Origin: Longimicrobiales bacterium | GTDB taxonomy: Bacteria > Gemmatimonadota > Gemmatimonadetes > Longimicrobiales > Gaopeijiaceae | Reading direction: 5' to 3' | NCBI GenBank assembly: GCA_965218325.1 | Contig: CBDCKR010000002.1 | Location: forward strand, 2,339,869 to 2,403,868 | DNA: 64,000 bases | Shown here: piece by piece, positions 43,281 to 53,902 of the stretch | Layout of the letters: every line of letters begins with the position of its first letter | Position numbering within the stretch: the stretch's first letter is position 1 | Made by a program: the position numbers and the translations under genes | Notes under the pieces: generated by a model | The model's database searches: none | What the model saw: only the letters and a program-made list of their open reading frames with translations | What the model was told of the DNA's origin: nothing

Positions 43281-44429
43281 ATGAAACCACTCTACGTTGC
43301 CTGCGTCGCGGCCATCGGCTTGCCCGCTTGTGGCGATGAGACTGCCCCGACTTCCACTGTGGAACCCGGCGATGCCGCCGTGAAAGTTGGATTCCTGGTT
43401 TCGGGCGACCGGATCACGTATCCGAACGGAGCCAGGATTGCGGTGGACGAAGTCAACGAGCGCGGGGGGTTGCTGGGTCGCTCCGTCGAACTGGTCATCC
43501 AGATGGACCTGCAGGAGGCTGCGGCTGCGGTGCAGGCCGCAGAGACCATGATTCTCACCGATGAGGTGGTTGCCCTCATTGGCCCCAACCGCTCGTCGCA
43601 CGCCATCGAGGTAGCGGCCGTGGCCCAGAGCCATGGCGTGCCGATGGTTACGACGGCGGCCACCAACCCAGCCGTGACAGCAGCCGGCAACCTTGTCTTC
43701 ATGGCCGCGTTCACCGACCAGTTTCAGGGGCACGTCATGGCGCAATTTGCCGCGGAGACCCTCGGGGTGACCGCAGCCGCTGTCCTGACGCAGCGCGGGG
43801 AAGTCTATAGCGAGGGGATCGGCGAATTCTTCATCGACCATTTCGGCGGCCTTGGAGGGATGATCGTCGCCGACGAGTCCTACGAGGGCGGTGCGACGGT
43901 TTTTGCCGCGCAATTGACGCGCATCGCGGCGGCTACTCCTGGGGCCATGTTTCTCCCGGGTCTGCCGACAGAAGTCGCGCTCCTGACCACGCAAGCGCGT
44001 GCCCTTCCGCTGCGAGACGCGGCCGGGGAACCGACGCTCTTTCTCGGAGCGGATGCGTGGGACAATCCGACGCTGCTGGACAATGAAGAAGCCGACATCG
44101 ATGGCAGCTTCTTCAGCAGCCACTTTTCGCCGGACACGAACGAGCCAAGCGCACGCGCATTCGTCGATACGTATCAGGGTCTGTACGGGGCTGTCCCCAC
44201 CGGCGGTGATGCGGTGAGCTACGATGCGGTCCGGTTGCTCTTGGAAGCCGCAGAGCGAGCGGGCAGTCTCGACGCAAACGCCGTGCGCCAGGAACTGCTA
44301 GCTACCGAAGGATACGCCGGGGCAACCCACATCGCCCACTACAACGAACATCGCCATCCGACCAAGAGCGCGGTCATTATGACCATCGAGAACGGCGTGA
44401 AGAAGTTTCTTCAGCACGTGGATCCGTAA
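43281..44429 (+). CDS. ABC transporter substrate-binding lipoprotein, LivK/branched-chain amino-acid-binding family
   Basis: MKPLYVACVAAIGLPAC lipobox. ..VKVGFLVSGD..ALIGPNRSSHAIEVAAVAQSHGVPMVT.. Start is the internal ATG at 43281. Confidence 0.8.
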   Translation: MKPLYVACVAAIGLPACGDETAPTSTVEPGDAAVKVGFLVSGDRITYPNGARIAVDEVNERGGLLGRSVELVIQMDLQEAAAAVQAAETMILTDEVVALIGPNRSSHAIEVAAVAQSHGVPMVTTAATNPAVTAAGNLVFMAAFTDQFQGHVMAQFAAETLGVTAAAVLTQRGEVYSEGIGEFFIDHFGGLGGMIVADESYEGGATVFAAQLTRIAAATPGAMFLPGLPTEVALLTTQARALPLRDAAGEPTLFLGADAWDNPTLLDNEEADIDGSFFSSHFSPDTNEPSARAFVDTYQGLYGAVPTGGDAVSYDAVRLLLEAAERAGSLDANAVRQELLATEGYAGATHIAHYNEHRHPTKSAVIMTIENGVKKFLQHVDP

Positions 44430-45305
44430 GGAGGCGGGCCGGCCCTGACCGCGGGATCTGAGGGACCCGGAGCCGCTCCTCTGCAGGCCTGCCGCCCAGA
44501 GCCTGGGTCGAACTGGGTCTGAGTACGGGTTACGGACCCCCCCAAGGGGGCGCTCCCCACCTGCTCAGGGACGTGCGCGAAGGAAGAACCCTCAGAGACG
44601 GAAAGCCCGTCTCAACTCATCAGCCCAAGGAAGCCGCCTGAGACGTTTACACCCCTAGTTGACCCGACCTCAATTTCCGGTTGCCCCTGACATACGCCAC
44701 AGACATTTCGCGACTCGGCCAAGGGGACCTACTTCAACGCAATCGCCGGGTCGGTACGGGGTGGACGAGGGAGGTAGCGGCCGATGTCGCCCTTCACCCG
44801 CGCATCATGCTCTCGGCAGGGTGTCTGCTTCAGAAAGTCCACGCGCCAGGTGTCGCCGAAGGACGGTAGGGGGTTCAAGATTGCAGCTCCGGGCGGACAG
44901 CTACGACTGGCGATCCGAAACGGGCCCGGTTATCGGGGGCCTATCCAACGCACAGCGCCCGTCGTCGCTCGTCTCGACCCGGCCGTGACCCACAACCCCC
45001 GCAGCGCCCCCGGCCTGGGGCCATCGCGGTCGGACTCGGGACGCCGTTCCTCCGGTTCGAGTCGTCCCAGGCCCGCGACACTGAGCTAAGCGCGGTCTGG
45101 TGCTTCCCGGCCATCAGCGCGATCACGGCGACCAACGCCCGAGCGAGCGCCATCGCAAACAGCGCTCTTTGCCATTCCCTCTTCCGTGTTCAGTTGGTCG
45201 TTCACGATGATCGCCTCCCGCGATCGTGCCGTGTCGCTCTCCCACTGGGGCTTCGTCTAGATTGGCATCAGGCAACCGCCCAATCTTCCCGAGACAGGAT
45301 TGAAC

Positions 45306-46001
45306 ATGCACGGCCCGCCGGGACGAAGACGACCTGTAGGCGAAACCACCAACCCTCAGCGACCCGGCGAGTGGTTGCGATCGGGCAAATGGTTGGCCGG
45401 GGTATGCGGCGGCGCGATCGCCTTCCCCTTCGCGGTGATGCTTCACGAACTCGGACACTTTGGGGCATTCACCGCGTTCGGGTTTCCCGATCCGGTCCTG
45501 CGGTTCGCCTCTGCCAGCTGGTCCGGTTCCGGGGAGTTCGGCAGGCTCATACGGGCGGGAGACGTGGAGGCTGCGGCGGCGCTTGTTCAACCGTGGCAAG
45601 TGGCGGTCGGCGTCGCTGCAGGAGCGATTGTCACCTATCTCACAGTCATCGCCTGCGTGCTTGCGGTCCGCCGATTCGGCCCCGGCCCCCTTTCTCTGGT
45701 TCTCGGAATCGGGTTGGTGTCCCCCGCGCGCTGGCTGGGGGCGATTCCCCTTCTTGCCCTGAAGCTCAGCGGCAGGCGATTCACATCGCACACGGACGAA
45801 GGGTGGCTGGCGGTGCTCACGGGAATCCCCGAGTCCCTTCTCTTCCTGCTCGGCCTCGCCTGTCTCCTGCTCGGATACTGGTTTCTGGTGACCGCCATCC
45901 CTCGTGACCAGAGGGTGCGGGTGGTCGTCCCGACCTTGCTCGGCGTGGTTCTAGGTGGCCTCCTGTGGGTCCTGTGGCTGGGGCCCCTGCTTCTTCCGTG
46001 A
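45306..46001 (+). CDS. Integral membrane protein with HExxH motif (putative zinc metalloprotease)
   Basis: ..AFPFAVMLHELGHFGAFTAFG.. followed by about 5 hydrophobic helices. Confidence 0.5.
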   Translation: MHGPPGRRRPVGETTNPQRPGEWLRSGKWLAGVCGGAIAFPFAVMLHELGHFGAFTAFGFPDPVLRFASASWSGSGEFGRLIRAGDVEAAAALVQPWQVAVGVAAGAIVTYLTVIACVLAVRRFGPGPLSLVLGIGLVSPARWLGAIPLLALKLSGRRFTSHTDEGWLAVLTGIPESLLFLLGLACLLLGYWFLVTAIPRDQRVRVVVPTLLGVVLGGLLWVLWLGPLLLP

Positions 46002-46896
46002 AGACCAGTGGACCTGGCGGTTCTGCATTGGCAGGACCGCCGACATGGCAACATAGAATCCGGGAGCATGGAGACTCCCCCGACCGCAGACCACCTCTGT
46101 GACTGCAGAGCCGGCCGCTGTCTCTGGACATGCGTCGTGCTATCCGCGTGGATGACACTGGCTGCTCAGCGCGCCTCGGTCCTGGCCTGGACGGCGCCGC
46201 ACATCCCGACCGACCACCGGAAGCCACACTGTCCGGCCTCCGTGCGGGTCTGGCTCGTATTTTCGTGGGCCGCGAGAGCGTGGAACGCGGAGGCACGCTC
46301 CCGCCACCTTTCCCAGTAAGCTGTTGCAATACCATAGGTTACGTGGAACAGTGGAAGTTTATTATCACCTTGCATATGAAATGTCACACGAGAGAACGCA
46401 CATGGCTGGAAGATCTCAGGTGCCCCTCTGGCAAGCTTTGGACGTGATGTCGATGGACGGTTGATCGTCAGTTTCAATGAAGCGATTGGGGCCGGCCAGG
46501 GAACCGTCGTCGGAACGGCGAGCTTCTGGTCTCAGCAAATGATGCACAAGCAACAGCTGGACGCTATGCGAACATCGAGGGGCTTACGGTAGCCCTGCTC
46601 CGGTTTACGGGCGTCATTACCGTGGCGACGATGCTCAATACTCATCGCGGCAGTTATCGCAGTGAGCGCTTTCTTCACCTAGGAGCGGCCCTGCCAGAGG
46701 GTGGATTTTGCCCCCCAGCGCTACGCCTGGCATGGATGTCCGATCAATGGACGCATCGTGGGCGTAGAATGAAGAACCGGACGAGACCGAGAAATCCTAT
46801 CTCCTGCCCGCCCCCTCGCCCGGCGCGTGGAGCCGCTCGTCTCAACCGGACACCGAGTGAACCGGTTCCGATTTCTTGGACAAGGGGGCGGCCTAA

Positions 46897-47791
46897 TCAT
46901 GCCGCCTTGCGGGTGAGCTCCTCGCGGGCCTGGGCCGGGGTCCGGTAGGCGTGCCGCTCTAAGAGCCATCCGTGGTTGTAGGATTCGATGAACTGGCCGA
47001 TCTCGTGTCTGGCTTCCTCGAGGCTCTCGAAGTCGTGGAGGTAGAGGCACTCCTCCTTGAGCGTGCGGATGAAGCGCTCCGCGACACCGTTGCACTCCGG
47101 CTCCCCCACATAGGCCGCGGTCGACCGTATCCCGAGCCATCGGAGCTCGGCCTGGAACTGGTGGGCCGTGTACTGCGGACCCCAGTCATGGCGTAGTCCG
47201 AGTCCGAGCGCGATCCTGGGCGCGTAGACGGCCATATGGGTCCGCACGCCCTGGCGGACCGGCTCGAGGGCCGCCCACCGGTCTCCCTTCTTGGCCACAT
47301 GCCATCCCACGACGTCGCTGACACAGTGATCGACTGCCATGAAGAACCAGCACCAGCCGTCCGCCTTCGTGTAGAACCGTGTGGCATCGGTGCCCCACAT
47401 CGGTGCCCCACAGCTCGTTGGGCGCATCGGTCGTGATCCGGCCGCTGTGGCTCCGGTCTCCTCGCGGGTGCCCGCGGCGCACCGGCGCCAACAGCCCGTT
47501 CTCCCGCATCAGCCTCAGCACACGGTTCTTGCCCACACCAATCCCTTTCGGCCTCAGGCGGGCTCTCACCTTCCTGTGCCCCTCGCCCAGGAAGTCGCTC
47601 TCCCGAAGGACCTTGCGGATCTCAGTCACCAACTCCTCGTCCGTGATCTCCGTCTTCGGGCCCCGCTTCTTCGGCTCCCCAACCTCAGAGCCCAGCCCTC
47701 GAGCCCGCACCGTGTAGACCGTCGATCGTGCCACCCGCCACACCTCGCAGACCATCGTCAGAGGGTAGCGTCGTCCCGTCCCCGAACTCAC
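46897..47791 (-). pseudogene. IS3-family transposase OrfB (rve), frameshifted by a 13-bp tandem duplication
   Basis: ..ITTDAPNELWGTD | ATRFYTKADGWCWFFMAVDHCVSDVVGW..HDWGPQYTA..PECNGVAERFIRTLKEE..YNHGWLLERH. Confidence 0.8.
47385..47410. repeat. 13-bp tandem duplication CATCGGTGCCCCA x2 inside orfB
   Basis: Direct reading at 47385-47397 and 47398-47410. It duplicates the WGTD codons and shifts the frame. Confidence 0.9.
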
Positions 47792-48153
47792 TCGCTTCCG
47801 CGCCTCAAGAGCTTCCTCAGCTCTTGCCCGTGCCCCCTTTTTTCGAGGAGCTCTGTCGCCAGCTCCATTCGCATCGTCAGCTCACCCAACTTCGCCCGCG
47901 TACGCATCAGCTCCCGCTCCGCCGGATCACCCCTCCGTCGCTTCAGCCCCTGCTGGCCTCTCTCCAAGAACACTCGGCGCCACTCTTCCAGATCCACCGG
48001 CGAAACCTGAAGCTCACGGCTCACTTCCCCCAAGTCTTCTCCCCGAAGCAGCCGCAGCACCACCTCCACCTTCCGCCGCGTACTCCATCGCTCCGGCAGC
48101 TCCTCCCCTCCACGACCTTCGGTCGCTTCCCTCTCCCTGCTCTCCCGGGACAT
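47788..48153 (-). CDS. IS3-family transposase OrfA
   Basis: ..RKVEVVLRLLRGEDLGEVSRELQVSPVDLEEWRRVFLERGQQGLKRR.. plus a leucine-zipper-like tail. Confidence 0.75.
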   Translation of the reverse strand: MSRESREREATEGRGGEELPERWSTRRKVEVVLRLLRGEDLGEVSRELQVSPVDLEEWRRVFLERGQQGLKRRRGDPAERELMRTRAKLGELTMRMELATELLEKRGHGQELRKLLRRGSE

Positions 48154-48205
48154 ATCCTCTCCCCCTCTCTCTGGACCCCAACTCTTCTTGCCAATCTACT
48201 GTCCA

Positions 48206-48539
48206 GATAAATCGGGGGCGGTAAACGAGCGGCTTGCTGACGGCTATCGTGTGGGTCGTTTCGCGAGTTTCGAGCGAGTAGCCCAGCGCAAGATCGCTCA
48301 ATTGGACGCCGCCGAGACGCTCGACTTCCTTCGAGTGCCGCCCGGGAACCGGCTCGAGGCGCTGCAGGGGCGGCCGTAGCGGCTCATACCGCATCCGGAT
48401 CAACGACCAATGGCGGCTCTGTTTCCGCTTCGTCGACGGAGACGCCTATGACGCCGAGATTGTGGACTATCACTACTGCCATGCGAGGAGGTGTTCGCCA
48501 TGGCCCGGCTGGAGCCGATCCACCCAGGCGAGGTTCTGA
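48206..48539 (+). pseudogene. higB: HigB-type (RelE/ParE superfamily) toxin, 5'-truncated by the IS and frameshifted
   Basis: ..FERVAQRKIAQLDAAETLDFLRVPPGNRLEALQG, then frame +1 ..RSGSYRIRINDQWRLCFRFVDGDAYDAEIVDYHY.. Confidence 0.65.
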
Positions 48540-48792
48540 AGCACGAGTTCATGGACCCCTTCGGGTTGTCCGCCCCGGCGCTGGCGAAGGCGGTTGGCGT
48601 GACGCCAGAGCGCATCAACGAGATTGTCGTGGCGGCCGGGGCATCACGGCGGAAACCGCGCTGCGTCTGGCGCGGTATTTCGGCACCGATGCTCGGAGTT
48701 GGATGCACCTTCAGGGCCGCTACGAACTCGAAATCGCGGCGCGGGACAAGGCCGACGCCTTGCGCGCCATACGACCGCGCGAAGTGGCGTGA
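48500..48792 (+). pseudogene. higA: HigA-type HTH antitoxin, frameshift near 48630
   Basis: MARLEPIHPGEVLKHEFMDPFGLSAPALAKAVGVTPERINEIV, then ..GRGITAETALRLARYFGTDARSWMHLQGRYELEIA.. in another frame. Confidence 0.65.
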
Positions 48793-48958
48793 GCGTGGAC
48801 GTTCCAGGCCCGACACTGAAGCGCTCCCGCCCTGCGGTGTGCATGCCCTGATCGCCAGATTCCCTATCAATACACCTTGGTCCTTTGGCGTCCCGGGCGT
48901 TCGCCCGGCTGCACGCTTTGCTCTTGCTCCACGGGGAAGCGGTTGCGATAGTCGGGGC

Positions 48959-49348
48959 ATGGAGACGAGGGGATTCATCCACCGCCGCGGTTTCTGGCTG
49001 CTCGCGCTGCTGTGGCTGCCGGCCGGTGTCATGGCGACTGCGGCGGTGCGCTTCGGACCGGGGACGGGATCGGTGCCGCCCGGCATGTGGGTGATGGTGA
49101 TGCTGATGTCGGCGGGATCGCTGGTGTTCGTCGCGCCCTGCGGTCTGCCGCTGGCGCTGGGTTGTCGGCGGCTGTGGCATCTGGGCTACCGCCGCGGCGC
49201 CTGGTGGGCGGGCATCGGGCTAGGTGCGGTCACGGTGGCGGCGTCGCTGTTGGCGGGGCTGCTCGGGCCGCTGGCGATCGCGGTCTATGCGGCCGTGATC
49301 AGCCTGCCGGTGTGGATCGCTTGGTGGTGGTTGGCGCGCCGGAGTTGA
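48959..49348 (+). CDS. Small integral membrane protein
   Basis: METRGFIHRRGFWLLALLWLPAGV.. Four hydrophobic segments. Confidence 0.4.
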   Translation: METRGFIHRRGFWLLALLWLPAGVMATAAVRFGPGTGSVPPGMWVMVMLMSAGSLVFVAPCGLPLALGCRRLWHLGYRRGAWWAGIGLGAVTVAASLLAGLLGPLAIAVYAAVISLPVWIAWWWLARRS

Positions 49349-49399
49349 TAACTGACGACCCCTGGCCAGGAGCGCAGCAGGACGCGGCACACGGGCTCC

Positions 49400-49590
49400 C
49401 GGCCCGCACGGAAGCTTAACGTGTTCCTCCCGATCTCGTAGCACTGCTGCCGGCGGTAGCCCACGATCTTGCACGCCTTGCTCACCTTGCCGCGCTCCTG
49501 GGCCAGCTGCAACAGACTCAGCTTGCGGCGCTCTCTCTTCCCCTCTGGACGGTGGCTATCTTCTCTCCCGTGTTTGCGGCGAATCTGAAG
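49400..49590 (-). pseudogene. rve-type transposase N-terminal HTH remnant
   Basis: ..RRKLSLLQLAQERGKVSKACKIVGYRRQQCYEIGRN.. Homology then stops. Confidence 0.45.
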
Positions 49591-49691
49591 CGACGCTAGG
49601 AGGTAGGCTCGTGATCGAAGTTGCTGGACGTAAGTTGGCTTTGGGCGTTGGCCAGGGAGTTCGACCGTGTCCGTTGCGCGCGGTGGGACTG

Positions 49692-50873
49692 ATGGTCACG
49701 GTGTTGCCGACGCTGGTGGCATGCGCAACTCAAGCCCAGCAGGGCCCTCCCAGGCCCTCGGCGCCCGTGCCTGTGAGTCCGACGGTGCAGGTTCCCCTCA
49801 CGGCCGACTCCCACCTCCATATCGTGGACTTCTTACAGAACGGCGAATACCTCGTCGATGGGAGGCTGGTCTACAGCTCTCCGGCCAACACTCTGCCCGC
49901 CGGCGAACGGGGCCGGCGTATCGAGGCGGTGCTGTGGGCCATGGACCAGGCCAACGTGAGCCACGCGGTCATCACGGGTATGCCGTTTCTCAAGAAATGG
50001 GCGGTGGGTGACCCCGCCCGGCCAGCGTATTACCTGGATAGCAGTTCCCACGTCGTGCGAGCGCGAGACACCGATTACGTCCTAGCACTAGCCATCGAAG
50101 ACTACCGTCGAGTACACGGGGCGGCGGCTCAGCTCGAACGGCTGTTCCCGCTTGTCTCCGGGTTCGACGGGACGGACCTCGGTGCGGTGGACATGATCAT
50201 AAAGCGCATTAAGGAGTTCCCCGGTGTGTTCAAGGGAATCGGCGAGGTGATGTCTCGCCATGACGACTTGACCAACCTGACGACCGGTGAGCGTCCTCAC
50301 GCGGATCACCCGGCGCTGTTCCGCATCTTCGACTTCGCTGGCCGAGTCGGCCTGCCCGTGAGCATTCACCACAACGTTGCCGCCATCTCACCGCAAGGAG
50401 AGGCGAGGGACGCCGACTATCTTCCGGAGCTGCTGAATGCGTTCAACGAGTTCCCCAACACGACCTTCATCTGGTGCCATGCCGGCATCAGCCGTCGCAT
50501 AGTCGTCGATTCTCTTCCAGTGGTTCTGGCGTCGGTGCTCGCGACTCACAGAAACCACGTCTACATCGACCTATCCTGGGTGGTCTACGAGGACTACGTG
50601 CTAGAGGACCTGAGTGCGTGGACGGAATTGATCGAGCAATACCCCGACAACTTCATGATTGGATCAGACGCGGTTGGGCGCTACGAAGGGTACGAGGATA
50701 CTATTCGCCAGTACGATCGGCTCCTATCGAGATTGACCACTGGCGCTGCAGAGAAAGTGGCCCGGGACAACCTCCTGCGAATCATGCCAGCGGACGGGAC
50801 CACCCTGGACCCCGGTTACGTCTATCCAGAAGAGGCCTACGCACGGAGAGGGAGTCCCGACCGGTCCCGGTAA
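49692..50873 (+). CDS. Amidohydrolase-family metal-dependent hydrolase (TIM barrel), lipoprotein-type signal
   Basis: MVTVLPTLVAC.. DSHLHIVDF (HxH). ..PVSIHHN..WCHAGISRR..IGSDA. Confidence 0.7.
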   Translation: MVTVLPTLVACATQAQQGPPRPSAPVPVSPTVQVPLTADSHLHIVDFLQNGEYLVDGRLVYSSPANTLPAGERGRRIEAVLWAMDQANVSHAVITGMPFLKKWAVGDPARPAYYLDSSSHVVRARDTDYVLALAIEDYRRVHGAAAQLERLFPLVSGFDGTDLGAVDMIIKRIKEFPGVFKGIGEVMSRHDDLTNLTTGERPHADHPALFRIFDFAGRVGLPVSIHHNVAAISPQGEARDADYLPELLNAFNEFPNTTFIWCHAGISRRIVVDSLPVVLASVLATHRNHVYIDLSWVVYEDYVLEDLSAWTELIEQYPDNFMIGSDAVGRYEGYEDTIRQYDRLLSRLTTGAAEKVARDNLLRIMPADGTTLDPGYVYPEEAYARRGSPDRSR

Positions 50874-51689
50874 ACACGTGTAGGACATGACGCCTTCCAA
50901 GCCGCTGCGGGACTTGGGCTGCGTTACTACCGGCCAGTGGACGCGACGATCACGAGATCGGACACGGCGTTAGGCACGGACGCGGTGGTGGGCTCCGCCG
51001 CTTCGGGAACCAGCAGCGAGTCGGTGCGGCTGACCGCGCTGTCAAACCCCGCAACCTCCCCCACCGTCCTCGTTCGCCCAAAATGGCTGCTGACGGCAAG
51101 GGTCAAGGCGGCACTACGACGCCGGGCCGAGCCCGAGTCCTTCGTGTTGGGCGAGCTGCTTGCCCAGGTCTGGAGCCGGCACGCCGGGAGCGATTCCGAG
51201 CCGGTGTGCGTGCGGCGCGCCACGAGGGGAGGTGGGGTCGCGCACCAGGCTGGCCCAGGGCCGCACTACCCTCCCACTCCCACGCCCCGCGCGCGGGACT
51301 TCCGGTCTGCGGGGGGGGGATCAACGTTCTTCCCGATCACCGGCTCGGTGGTCGAAGCGAAGCGCGGGCATCGTCGCCGAAGCTGTCCCTCCCGGGGATC
51401 AGGGTCCCAGCCAAAGGCCGCAACCAGGGCCATTGACGGCGAGCGGCGAGGAGCCGTACCTTCGCCAGCGACGCCAACTCATCGAGACCGGTCGAGGGAC
51501 AGGCCCGACGACACCGGGGCAACCTGCGGAAGATGGCTCTTTCGCTGATGTGCCAACTCCTGCGATGGGAAGTATTTCCATCGGGAAGATGAGCCGCCCG
51601 CCGCGTTGGTAATCGCGGAGCCGAAGCATCTAACGGGCGACGATTCTCCGGGAGTCCGATGAGGAAAACGGACACTCGGAGAGAAACGT

Positions 51690-52697
51690 ATGGCTCCCCT
51701 CGGTACGGTTCAGCCGGCCCACATCACCTCCTCTGTTCTTGATCGGGGCGAGGTGTCTGCGGTCATCCGCTTCGAGCACCTGGGTGCTCACTGTGTGCGA
51801 ATTCCCTACCAGGTGGAGGGACCCCCGGACGCGCAGTGTACGGTGGCTATGGGCGGGATCTCGGCGGGGCGCACCCTCGGTTGGTGGCCGGGTGTGGCTG
51901 GCGCCGGGTGTGCGTTGGACCCGCAACATCGCCGCCTCGTCGGCATGGACTTCCTGGGAGGCGATCCGGATACGGGCCCCGAGGGTAGCGTCACGACCCA
52001 CGACCAGGCTCGAGCGCTGGTGTCGCTGCTCGATCACCTTGGCGTGGACCACGCGGATCTCGTCGGGGCCTCGTACGGAGGCATGGTGGCCCTGGCCTTC
52101 GCGGAACTCTTCCCGGACAGGGTTCGCCGCCTTGTGGTTCTTTGCGCCGCGCACCGGAGCCATCCGATGGCGACGGCACTGCGCTCGGTCCAAAGGTCGC
52201 TGGTGCGCTTCGGCGTCGAATCGAGCCAGCCAGCCCGAGGTCTTTCGCTGGCCCGCGCTCTCGCCATGACGACCTACCGTAGCGCCCGCGAATTCGACGA
52301 GCGGTTCTCGTCGGAGGCGCTGGCAGGAGAAGGGGGAGGGGCCAGCGAAGGTGCTCCAGAGGTGCGATTCCGCTTTCCCGTGGAGGAATATCTCGCTTCC
52401 CGAGGTGCGGCCTTTTCGGACCAGTTCGACTCCGGGCGCTATCTCTGTCTCTCGGAGTCCACCGACCTGCACCGCACATGTCAGACTCGGCTTCCCGATT
52501 CCACGCTGCTGGTCTCGGTCGACAGCGACACTCTGGTGCCGCCGTCGCTGGTGGGCGAACTGGCCAGCGCGACCGGAGCGGCCCACGCGACCCTTTCATC
52601 TCCCTTCGGCCACGACGCCTTCCTGAAGGAGGTCGAGGTTGTGTCAGCGCTCCTGGTGCGCATCCTGGATGTGGAAGACCCCGAGGTGGTTCGATGA
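51690..52697 (+). CDS. metX: Homoserine O-acetyltransferase
   Basis: alpha/beta hydrolase. ..LVGASYGGMVALAFAELFPDRV..MTTYRSAREFDERF..PFGHDAFL. Confidence 0.8.
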   Translation: MAPLGTVQPAHITSSVLDRGEVSAVIRFEHLGAHCVRIPYQVEGPPDAQCTVAMGGISAGRTLGWWPGVAGAGCALDPQHRRLVGMDFLGGDPDTGPEGSVTTHDQARALVSLLDHLGVDHADLVGASYGGMVALAFAELFPDRVRRLVVLCAAHRSHPMATALRSVQRSLVRFGVESSQPARGLSLARALAMTTYRSAREFDERFSSEALAGEGGGASEGAPEVRFRFPVEEYLASRGAAFSDQFDSGRYLCLSESTDLHRTCQTRLPDSTLLVSVDSDTLVPPSLVGELASATGAAHATLSSPFGHDAFLKEVEVVSALLVRILDVEDPEVVR

Positions 52698-53902
52698 TTG
52701 CCGTCACGCCGGACTCCGCCAGCACCGCTTCCCGCGCCCAGACCCGCTCGGTCCAGGCGGGCGTCGGAACGGACCAGGCTCACCGTGCGGTCATGCCGCC
52801 GATCTACTTGTCCTCCAACTTCGTTTTCGACGCGCCGGGCGTGTGTGGACGGTACGACTATACGCGTAGCGGAAACCCCACCCGCGACCTTTGCGCCGAG
52901 GCGATTGCGGCCTTGGAGGGGGGCGTCGGCGGCGTGGTGGTTTCCTCCGGAATGGCTGCCGTGGCGATGGTCACGCGGCTCCTCGTCGCTGGCGATGTTC
53001 TGGTTGCGCCGCACGACTGTTACGGTGGCACACAGCGGCTCTTCGTGGCCGAAAGCCACAGGGGCAACTACTCGGTGCACTTCGTCGACCAACAGGATCC
53101 CGGCACGCGGGATGCCGTGCGCGCACTCAGACCCCGCATGATCTGGTTGGAAACGCCGAGCAATCCGATGCTGCGCATTACGGACATTGCTGCATGGGCT
53201 CGGTTGGCCCGGGAAATCGGCGCTGTCTGTGTAGTGGACAATACATTCCTGTCCCCAGTGAACCAGCAGCCACTGCGCCTTGGCGCGGACATCGCCGTTC
53301 ATTCCACGACGAAGTTTCTCAACGGGCACAGCGATGTCGTGGGCGGCGCCATCGTCGCTTCCTCCAACGAGGTCTTGGAGGAGTTGGCCTGGTGGACCAA
53401 CTGCGTGGGGGCCGCCGCGGCCCCCTTTGATTCCTACATGACTCTGAGGGGAATCCGCACCCTTCATGCCCGCATTCGGGTTCACGAAGAAAACACACTT
53501 CGGATCGTCGATGCGTTGACCGATGCACAGAACGACACGGTCAAGGCAGTCCATCATCCGGGCCTGCCGGATCATCTGGGCCACGATATCGCGCTCGCGC
53601 AACAACAGGGCTGGGGAAGCATGGTTTCCTTCGAGCTCAGGAACGGGCGCGCGGCTGTGAATGCGTTCCTGAAGAGCCTGCGTCACTTCGTCCTGGCAGA
53701 GTCACTGGGGGGGGTCGAAAGCCTGGTGGCCCATCCCGCTACCATGACCCACGCCGCCATGAGCCAGGAGGCCCGTGACGTGGCCGGCATCGGGGAAGGC
53801 CTTCTCCGGTTGTCGGTCGGTCTGGAGGCCCCCCATGACCTGGTAGCCGATCTGCAACAGGCGCTCGCTCGAGCCGGGGAAGCGGCGTGCCAGCCAGCGT
53901 GA
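52694..53902 (+). CDS. Cys/Met-metabolism PLP enzyme (cystathionine gamma-synthase / O-acylhomoserine sulfhydrylase)
   Basis: The ATG overlaps the metX stop (ATGA). ..YTRSGNPTR..VHSTTKFLNGHSDVVGG..ESLGGVESL..HPATMTHA. Confidence 0.85.
   Translation: MIAVTPDSASTASRAQTRSVQAGVGTDQAHRAVMPPIYLSSNFVFDAPGVCGRYDYTRSGNPTRDLCAEAIAALEGGVGGVVVSSGMAAVAMVTRLLVAGDVLVAPHDCYGGTQRLFVAESHRGNYSVHFVDQQDPGTRDAVRALRPRMIWLETPSNPMLRITDIAAWARLAREIGAVCVVDNTFLSPVNQQPLRLGADIAVHSTTKFLNGHSDVVGGAIVASSNEVLEELAWWTNCVGAAAAPFDSYMTLRGIRTLHARIRVHEENTLRIVDALTDAQNDTVKAVHHPGLPDHLGHDIALAQQQGWGSMVSFELRNGRAAVNAFLKSLRHFVLAESLGGVESLVAHPATMTHAAMSQEARDVAGIGEGLLRLSVGLEAPHDLVADLQQALARAGEAACQPA

Larger units (their letters stand above)
46877..48205 (-). 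mobile_element. Second IS3-family element (different from the 34.9 kb one), inactivated
   Basis: Ends TGGACAAG.. (46877) and ..CTACTGTCCA (48205), with extended inverted flanks CCGATTT. orfA plus a disrupted orfB. Confidence 0.75.

Noticed and set aside
24960-49590. The rve-transposase N-terminal remnant (49400..49590) and C-terminal remnant (24960..25155), both on the minus strand, as two halves of one gene split by a 24 kb insertion
   Set aside because: The central ~250 codons are missing from both sides, so the flanks are not contiguous. They are more likely independent relics.
51540-51689. SAM riboswitch upstream of metX
   Set aside because: I could not find SAM-I/IV core motifs (..GAGGGA..GGCCC..GCAACC..) or a SAM-II-like pseudoknot by eye. 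An Rfam scan is needed before claiming anything.
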